The translations under genes and the position numbers were made by a program. 64,000 nucleotides of DNA, from positions 282,507 through 346,506 of the forward strand of contig BCKQ01000001.1 in NCBI GenBank assembly GCA_001600695.1. Direction: 5' to 3'. Each line of letters opens with the position of its first letter. Positions within the stretch are counted from its first letter, which is position 1. Source of the DNA: Ascoidea asiatica JCM 7603. Lineage: Eukaryota; Fungi; Ascomycota. The notes under the pieces are model-generated. The model did not search any database, was not told the origin of the DNA, and was given only the letters and a program-made list of their open reading frames with translations. Of this stretch, positions 55,662-64,000 are shown piece after piece.

Positions 55662-55983
55662 TATTTATCTATCCTGAGCTTAACTTAATCCTTTATCGAT
55701 TATTCAAATGATTTTTCTAATCTGAAGTCTATAAATCTAATATAATAACATGAAAGTATTATATCTCGTTAATTACTAATAGTTATTCTTGATTCTCTAA
55801 TCTTTATATATTCAATTTAGGTATAATTCTAAATTTGCCATTCGCTTATGTTGGATTCGATTGTTTTTTTGCAAATATTTAAAAATACACTTACTTTAAA
55901 GTAAAAGAAGAGTAAACTTTTTTAATTACGTAATATATACACCCGGACACCACTTTTTTAACATCCTTACATCAAAGCTTACA

Positions 55984-56022
55984 GTCACGTGTTTGATTAT
56001 ATTTTATTTCCTAAATAGGAAT
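55984..56022. promoter_or_regulatory. Adjacent Cbf1-type and Mcm1-type sites
   Basis: GTCACGTG 55984-55991; TTTCCTAAATAGGAAT 56007-56022 (CC-W6-GG). Confidence 0.55.
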
Positions 56023-59000
56023 CTGTGATGCTGTGAAATATCCAGTACTTACCAGTATCTAAAGGTTGTTTTTATGCCGAAGTTTGCTGACACCCACAGC
56101 AACGCCAGAAATCCAACTATGTGGGTCTCAGTCACAACAACTGTTTTGGCACATGTCCCGATAAGAGGTCGCACGAGCTGAAACTAATTTAAGTTTCACT
56201 GCTATAAATTTCCGGATTTGCTTACAAGCACTGCATACATATGTTTAAATGCTTAAATTAAGCTTTTTCAATAAGGATCCATTGCCAAGAATGTGCGGCA
56301 TTGCAATTATAAAATATCTCTGGAATTTATTTTTATATTTACATATTTTTATATCAAGACTTTGAAAAAAGCTTTTTAATGATTTTCGTTTTTTTTTTAC
56401 AGAATAATTCTAACGATGGAATTTATCCGAAACATAAATCAGAATAATTTCATCTGTTAATAAATTCTGTTAACTTCAAATGCTCCACTTTTGAATTAAA
56501 TTATATTCGAATTCGGAAACATTCTTTAAAAATTCTTTTGGAAAACATATTTAAAAGGCTGTTCAATTAAACTTCACAATTTGAAGGCTATTCAAGGCTT
56601 TAAGAGCCCTACACTCAATCAATATAGAAATATTTAAGGCTATTCTCTTTTCCAATTAATGAATGAATTTAACGACAGTATGCTTTTTTTTTAGTTAAAA
56701 AACTCTTTGGTAAACTAGGAATGTTGTAGTTCTTGAATATCCATTAATGAACAAATTAGCGACAATATTAAGACTTTAGATAGATTGAAATTGTTATCTA
56801 TTCCATTCATTAAAATTAAAGTAATGGTAATATTCATGATAGGAATATGATTCATTTGATTCAAATAAAAGGGCCCTTTTTGAAACTCTTGATAAACCAG
56901 AATTGGAGATAGAATTATACTGCTTATCTATTGCAAGAGTAAATTTTGTACTGTAGAACAAATTCTTTTTTATCCTTTAAATAGATGAATTTGTGTTTTC
57001 TGTCGTATAGCGTCACAGACAGTCATTTATCACGTGTACTAATTCAAAACCTGGATATTCTGTTATATTTTATAACACTATTGCCTCATTAATACCTTAT
57101 GTATTTGAAACTTTTATAAGGCAAGTTTACATCAGGTGACGTTAGATACAGAAGGCTCAAATTCGTGTATTTAAGGGATAAAAAAAAATTAAAGCTACCT
57201 TAAAAACTTAACAATTTTTCTAACCACGAATATACTGTATATATTTTTAAAAGAAGGAGATTTTTTCTTGGTTGTTTATATTCAAGACTTAAGAAAAGAT
57301 GCATAAATTCTTTCTTTAATTTAAGAATTACGGGAAGCAAGGATTGTAATCATTTAAAATTATTATTTATTGAAGTGTTTATATTTTAACAAATATTACA
57401 CTTTTTTCAAAACTATCAAATTTATTAAAAATATATTAATATTGAGAATTTCATTGTTTTGCTTAACCAGTTTTTTCAAAAATTTCATATTTGTATAAGT
57501 ATTATCAGAAAAAAGAAGAATTGTTATGAATCAAAAATTTATGACATAATCCATTGAAATAATTGTATGTAGTGGTAAAAATCCTGGAAGTGAAATATTT
57601 GGTTGAAAATTCAATCAATGATAAAGTTTGAAGTAAATTATATGAATATATGTTATTGTGAATCGTGATCTAAATTCATTTATTATTACCTATTCGTTAC
57701 TCTCGGGTTTATATATATTCTCTTATTTTTTTTAAATAAACTATCGTATAATCAAAATTATGATAACTCGATAAATGTTTTTTATCTTCTTTTTCATTTA
57801 TTTAACCTAAGAGTTGATTTTCGCGAATAAGTTTCTAGAAATGTATAATAATTATATTCAATATTACAATTGAAATTTATTTTAAAAGCGAAAAAAAAAA
57901 TGAGATTGAGTTTGTCTCCGAAAATTTTAAACTTACATTTACTATTTAAAAGATTCAAGAAAAATTACATAATTCATACAATAATAAAGATAATTAAGTC
58001 GATAATTTAGAATATATTGATCTTATATAATGATCTTTGAAATTTACTGGAAATGAATGCGGATATAATTCAGCATTTCAAGCTTTAGAAACGAAAAATT
58101 AAAATCTCTTACTACAAGAGCCATGGCTCTATTTTTTGATCTTCTACCTTTGAAGATTTTGTACCAGCCAAGAAAAGAGAATAATTTTTTTCAAAAAGCT
58201 TGAATCCAAGCTAATTGGATGAATAAATCAATCAAAGCTTAGCTTTTTTCAAAACAACAAAGGCCAAATACCCATGAAAACCAATTTCAGTTATAATATG
58301 AATTTTTTTGACCATTAAAAGATCCTTAAACTATTAGTTTTTAATTTTAAAAAAAAAAAACAAATCTTATAAATACCTTTAATACAACATTTTATCATTT
58401 TTACTTACAGTCCGTGATAATTCAACTGAATTGTGAAGGTAAAAGAGGCTCTGAAATCAAGACACTTTTTGAAATGCTTCGGCATCGCACCCCTCGAACC
58501 CGGACAGTGCATGAATCATTGGAAGGCACTGCTGACAAAACCGGATTATTCCAAAGCATGGTACGCGTGTGGATGACTTGTTCTACTTCTTTTGGCACAA
58601 AATCATTCGTATAAGCACACGGAAAAAGCTACCACAACGCTGCCAAGCGCGCACGCAAGTTTAAAAGCTTGACGGTGCCCAGGTTACTTGCCACTAAGCC
58701 CTTAAAGCTGTTAAAGTTTAATTTAAATCTTGCTCGAGAGCAAAAGATTATGCAAGCCTTTTAACTCGAGAAGTCTTCAGAGAATAAACTATTAACAAAT
58801 GGAAACCGGAAAATGATGAAAAGATACAGAAACCATAATTTTGCATCAAATATTAACATTTTCAAGAATTCTTTTTCTTTTTTTTCTTTATCTCCCTGCT
58901 GATTTAAACATTTTATAAGGCATTTTTATATGGCATACGGTATGTTTTCACACTTCTTGGCCCTTTCCTTTTTCCCAATTCGATCATATGGCTTGATGGC

Positions 59001-59869
59001 AATGCATGAGTCTATGAACTTAATGCTTGCTAATAGGAAATTACTATCTATTTTATTGAAAAAAAAAGTATTCTTCAATTTAAATTTCAATTTCAAGTTC
59101 AAAATTTAACTGCAAGTAAATTTAAAACTATTTTCTTTTGAAGTAATTAATTTTGTAATTACAAAAGAAATTATACTTGGGTTACAAAATTAGTATAATT
59201 TTTTAAAATTTATTATTTTAAGTGATGATTATGAATATTCACTACTGTTATTAATTTCCAATCCACTTCTCGTATCATAATTACTTTTTAGTACCAGTCT
59301 CACTAGTACTTGTAATCTTGATAAAAGAAATATTCGTTCACTAGGAGAAGTTCACAATAATTGTAGTTTATTCACATTTATGCTAGGCTTCAATCAAATT
59401 TTTTTAATAGTAAGCAATTTAAGTAAAAGCAGAGATAAAACTTTGATTAGAACTTAATACTTAGATAAAGATTTAAAAAAAAAGAGGAAATTGAATAACT
59501 TAACTTTTAGAAGAGAACTTTGAAACTCATTTCTTATAATTTCTTACTCATATATAACTATCTAAATTTCCCTACTTTTTATTATCTAACTTTCTTATTT
59601 CTGTTTTTTTTTTCCTTATTATTATTATCATAATTAATCTTATTAATCAAATTATTAGTATCCAAATTTATTCAATTAAATTTTTATTAATATCTGTTCA
59701 ATATAACTTTATCTAATTTTCGATAAAAGTTAAAAAAAAGAAAAAAAGACAGTATTAGAAATAAGTATATCTTAGTAAAAATTCAATTAAAAATAAAGGT
59801 AAAAAAAAGATAAAAAGATAAAAAGATCAAAATAATTATACTTAATATCAATAATATATTCTTATAAAA

Positions 59870-61615
59870 ATGGCTGATATTGAAAAGAAAAGTCAAGTAA
59901 CTCCAACAGAGTCTGAAGTTATTGCTTCTCAATCTCCAGTTGAAAATCCAACTGAACATACTAGTAGTGGTTCAAAATGGCAAGATTTTAAAGATTCATT
60001 CAAAAGAATGGATGATAGACATTTTGATCCAAATATGAGTGAAGTTGATAGAGCTGCTGCTGCAACTGCAAAATCTCCTTTATCTAGATCTTTAAAAAAT
60101 AGACATCTTCAAATGATTGCTATTGGTGGTAGTATTGGTACTGGTTTATTCGTTGGTTCTGGTACTGCTTTAAGAACTGGTGGTCCAGCTGCTGTCTTAA
60201 TTGGTTGGATTTTAGTTGGTATGATGATGTATTGTACTGTTCATGCTTTAGGTGAATTATGTGTAACTTTCCCAGTTTCTGGTGCTTTTAATACTTATGC
60301 AACTAGATTTATTGATCCTTCTGTTTCTTTTGCCATGGCATGGAATTATGCTTTACAATGGTTAGTTGTTTTACCTTTAGAATTAGTTGCAGGTGCAATT
60401 GTTATTGAATATTGGGATAAAAAAACTTCTTCTGCTGCATATGTTACAATTTTCTATGTATTAATTGTTGCCATAAATTTCTTTGGTGTTAAAGGTTATG
60501 GTGAAGCAGAATTTTGTTTTTCAATTATTAAAGTTGTTGCAATTTGTGGTTTTATAATTCTTGGTATAGTATTATGTTGTGGTGGTGGTCCAAAAGGTGG
60601 TTACATCGGTGGTAAATATTGGGCTCATCCAGGTGCTTTTGCAGCAAGTTTTAAAGGTGTTTGTACAGTTTTCGTTACAGCAGCTTTTTCATTTTCAGGT
60701 ACTGAATTAGCTGGTTTAGCAGCTGCAGAAACTGAAAATCCAAGAAAATCATTACCAAAAGCTGTTAAACAAGTTTTCTGGAGAATTACATTATTTTATA
60801 TTATTTCTTTAACATTAGTTGGTTTATTAGTTCCATATGATTCAACTCAATTAATTGGTGCATCATCATATGATGCTTCAGCTTCTCCTTTTGTTATTGC
60901 AATTGAAAATGGTGGTATTAGTGGTTTACCAAGTGTTATGAATGTTGTTATTTTAATTGCAGTTTTATCAGTTGGTAATTCAAGTATTTTCGGTGCAAGT
61001 CGTACATTAGCTTCATTAGCAGCTCAAGGTTTCGCTCCACAAATTTTTGGATATATTGATAGAAATGGTAGACCATTAGTTGGAATTATTTTCACATCAG
61101 TCATTGGTTTATTATGTTATTTATCAGCATCTTCAAAAGAAGGTGATGTATTCACATGGTTATTAGCTTTATCAGGTTTATCAGCATTATTTACATGGGG
61201 TAGTATTTGTGTATGTCATATTAGATTTAGAATGGCACTTACAGCTCAAGGTAGATCAACTGATGAATTAGCTTTCACAGCTCAACCTGGTATTTATGGA
61301 TCATATTTTGGTGTTTTAATGAATGTTTTAATTTTAATGGCACAATTTTGGGTTGCATTATATCCAATTGGAGAATCACCAGATGCAGAAGTTTTCTTTG
61401 AAGATTATTTAGCTGTTCCAGTTATTATTGCATTTTATGTTTTCCATAAATTATGGAAAAGAAACTGGAGATGGTGGATTCCATTAAAAGAAATTGATTT
61501 AGATACAGGTAGAAGAGAACTTGATATTGATTTATTAAAACAAGAAATTGCAGAAGAAAAAGCATATGTTGCTTCAAGACCATTATGGTTCAGAATCTAC
61601 CATTCTTGGTGTTAA
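59870..61615 (+). CDS. GAP1: General amino-acid permease
   Basis: LKNRHLQMIAIGGSIGTGLFVGSGTALRTGGPA, GVKGYGEAEF, GGYIGGKYW, KQVFWRITLFY, QGRSTDEL, DLDTGRRE, terminal WC. Confidence 0.9.
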   Translation: MADIEKKSQVTPTESEVIASQSPVENPTEHTSSGSKWQDFKDSFKRMDDRHFDPNMSEVDRAAAATAKSPLSRSLKNRHLQMIAIGGSIGTGLFVGSGTALRTGGPAAVLIGWILVGMMMYCTVHALGELCVTFPVSGAFNTYATRFIDPSVSFAMAWNYALQWLVVLPLELVAGAIVIEYWDKKTSSAAYVTIFYVLIVAINFFGVKGYGEAEFCFSIIKVVAICGFIILGIVLCCGGGPKGGYIGGKYWAHPGAFAASFKGVCTVFVTAAFSFSGTELAGLAAAETENPRKSLPKAVKQVFWRITLFYIISLTLVGLLVPYDSTQLIGASSYDASASPFVIAIENGGISGLPSVMNVVILIAVLSVGNSSIFGASRTLASLAAQGFAPQIFGYIDRNGRPLVGIIFTSVIGLLCYLSASSKEGDVFTWLLALSGLSALFTWGSICVCHIRFRMALTAQGRSTDELAFTAQPGIYGSYFGVLMNVLILMAQFWVALYPIGESPDAEVFFEDYLAVPVIIAFYVFHKLWKRNWRWWIPLKEIDLDTGRRELDIDLLKQEIAEEKAYVASRPLWFRIYHSWC

Positions 61616-64000
61616 TTCTAAAATTTCGATTAATTTTTTATTTTAATATTTAATTTCTGCTCTATTTTATCTGCTGTTTCTATTTTTTTTTATTCTTAAT
61701 TTCTCTTTAATAATTATTTAATTATATCATCATATCTTTTTATCATTTATCATCTTATCATTTATATTATAAGTTAGAATAGATTCTATTATCACTTTTA
61801 ATGCTAATTAATAATCTAATTTATATAATATCTGTACAACCTTTTCAATTCTTTTCCAATAATAAAACCAAATACATGTATTTTCAAGTTTTTTTAGTTC
61901 AATAATATCTGTAATAAAGTAAAAGTAAAATCATTTATTTTAATAAACAATTTATAAAGATCAAATTTATTACATAATCCTAACAATTATATTAGTAATC
62001 AATTAAAACATCAACACATATTACCTGGCCATTTGAATTTAAGGCTGATTGTGCAAATTAGTTACTAATGGGCTCAATAATTACTGTTTTAAAAGATGTG
62101 TGGCTGGTGTATGGCTTTTCAACCTAATGGTCTTTTATTTGCAGTCAAAGGAAAATGAATTATTTCTGTGAAGGTTGGTAAATTATTCACTTTGCAATAT
62201 TTTCCCTTAAAGATTTATTAATTTTTGTCTTTTGTTTACTCTCAATTTAGGAAATAGTAAAGATTATCAATAATAAACTGATAAATTTTTAAGGTAATCT
62301 GAAAATAATTGCAATTCCATCCAGTCACATGAGCTGACTAGTTTATTATTTCAAAACAGGAAATGAGAATGGAGCTCAGTTCGAATTTTTCACCTCAGAT
62401 AATAGACATGTTAATTAAGAAAGCTTTGGTAATTACAGCGGTAGAAATTTGTTTTTTCAATTCTAAATAATGCTACAATATCTAATATTAATTGCACGCT
62501 GGTAGACAGTAAAAGAGCTAAGTTATGCAAGGAAAATGTTCGTAGTGTACCTACTTTATTAAAATTGGATAAAATGTATATTTTAAAGAAAACTATTACT
62601 GTACACTTATTAGCTGTTAAAATAATATAAAGTGTCATTGAATGATTACTGTATAAGAAATAACAGTACCGTACACGAAAAAGATGACAAAATTACTACT
62701 AATGTTGTATAAAAAAAATCTAAATCAAAATTCAAAGGAAAAGTAATGTTACTTTCATTACTTTATTTTGAAATTAATCATATAAATCAATTCTTATTTT
62801 GGTGAAAGTAATATAATTTAAGAATTCCATTCTGTTATTTTATCTTTGTTTTCAATTCATTTCAACTTCTTTTTTGATTTATCAACATTCAATTTGTTGT
62901 ATTTAAAGATAATATATTCAAATACTTCGTTTTCTCTTAAATCCTAAAAATTAGAATTTAGGATAATACTCATAAGTAAAAAAAACTTAAGTAATTAAAA
63001 CTCAGGGTCAATGTAAGATAAAAATAACTGGAGATTAAACGTAACGTTACATTTATGAAGTTTAAACCCGGAGGGAGTTCCACGTGATTGTACTTTCTTA
63101 ATCTGAACATGATAGATTAAAATCGTGTTGTTGCTGTTCTAAGAGTAGCCAGGGTAACATTAACCGGATTGCAGAAAGTCCCAGTGACTCACTTTTGTCG
63201 AAATGTAAATACAGTAACGTTACTGTATTCAAGGAGAGAATTCTCAGCATTACCATAGATATTAGACAGGGTAATGGGAATCAGTTCATTCTTTTACTCG
63301 ACCCAGACACTAATATTATAATATTATTGAGAGTCTTTGTTAGTTCGAAATTTTGGAGAGATCCGGATGGTTTTAGTTACAGGAAAAAGTATCATCAGAA
63401 AATATTTTTAGTGCCAGTAGTTAAATTGGCTTAATTCGGGAGACGTTGTTCGATTGTACCTGAATGTGCTCTTAAATTTTGAGTGCTAAATGAAAGAATC
63501 AACAGATTATTTTTTTATTTTTATCTAGAGATAATTACCATCGGCAATAGTTACTAAAATAATATGGCTTTCAAGAAAGTAATTGAAATTCTTTCACAAA
63601 TGAATTTAAATTTTATAATTATTCTATTAAACAAAAAATGCTAATTTGATTTGACCCTAATCCCAATTGAAATTACTGCAGGTTTTCTTAGATTTTCATT
63701 CGAAAAAAAAAGTATTGAGTTGCAGAATACATAACAATACAATATTGCACATGTTCAAGCAGAAACATATATATTTGCAAAATAAAAGGTTTTGCGTTGA
63801 AATTGCAAACATTCTGCGGTTAATTTGAGGTAGACGAATAATGTTAAAATTGTTATCATTTATTTCACTTTTTCTTTTTATGCTTTTACAGGCAATTATT
63901 ATTTTTTTATTTTTATTTCTTTTAAGTTTAGTTCAAATATGTTTCAACTATGACACGTGACTTATTTGTTTTATATTGAATGTTGGTTGTTCAATGTATG

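Noticed and set aside
55984-57130. RTCACGTG sites as point-centromere CDEI
   Set aside because: No uniform >90% AT CDEII followed by a CDEIII CCGAA at the right distance; such sites recur in ordinary promoters here
293-61615. BUL1-like adaptor plus its known cargoes PUT4 and GAP1 as one functional cluster
   Set aside because: Spread over 60 kb with many unrelated housekeeping genes between; permeases are numerous, so chance suffices
62018-62028. ATATTACCTGG resembling the U1 snRNA 5' end
   Set aside because: Lacks the C of ACTTACC; no U1-70K loop motif recognised downstream
62366-63182. AATGGAGCTCAGT and GAAAGTCCC resembling RNase MRP CR-V/CR-I
   Set aside because: Motifs are in the wrong order and no P4 partner lies upstream of the CR-V-like motif

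Overview
Very AT-rich budding-yeast (Saccharomycotina) nuclear DNA; the Asn/Lys/Ile-inflated proteins suggest an Ascoidea-like species (inference only). About 23 protein genes: BUL1-like, small HSP, CDC11, EamA transporter, SCW4-like glucanase, RAD61/WPL1, CWC22, SDS23, PUT4, PRO3, CPS1, ECM27, RPN3, an orphan secreted protein, SPT2, a putative RNase III-fold mitochondrial protein, an orphan tail-anchored protein, EFB1, a putative CSN3-like protein, RPL11, a putative NTR2, SNU71 and GAP1. The ORF track misses spliced EFB1 (with intronic snoRNA snR18) and the ATG-only first exon of RPL11, and starts CWC22, PUT4 and RPN3 at non-ATG codons. No tRNA, rRNA, transposon or CRISPR seen. I found no clearly new biological system. 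The best leads are a PUT4-PRO3-CPS1 nitrogen/proline neighbourhood, a dense CDK-site array in Wpl1, PxIxIT-like motifs in a giant Ecm27 loop (one containing a CUG codon), an RS-tailed Cwc22, several highly diverged orphans in an ultra-AT domain, and Tbf1/Cbf1-type ribosomal promoters. All homology calls are from recalled motifs, not database searches.
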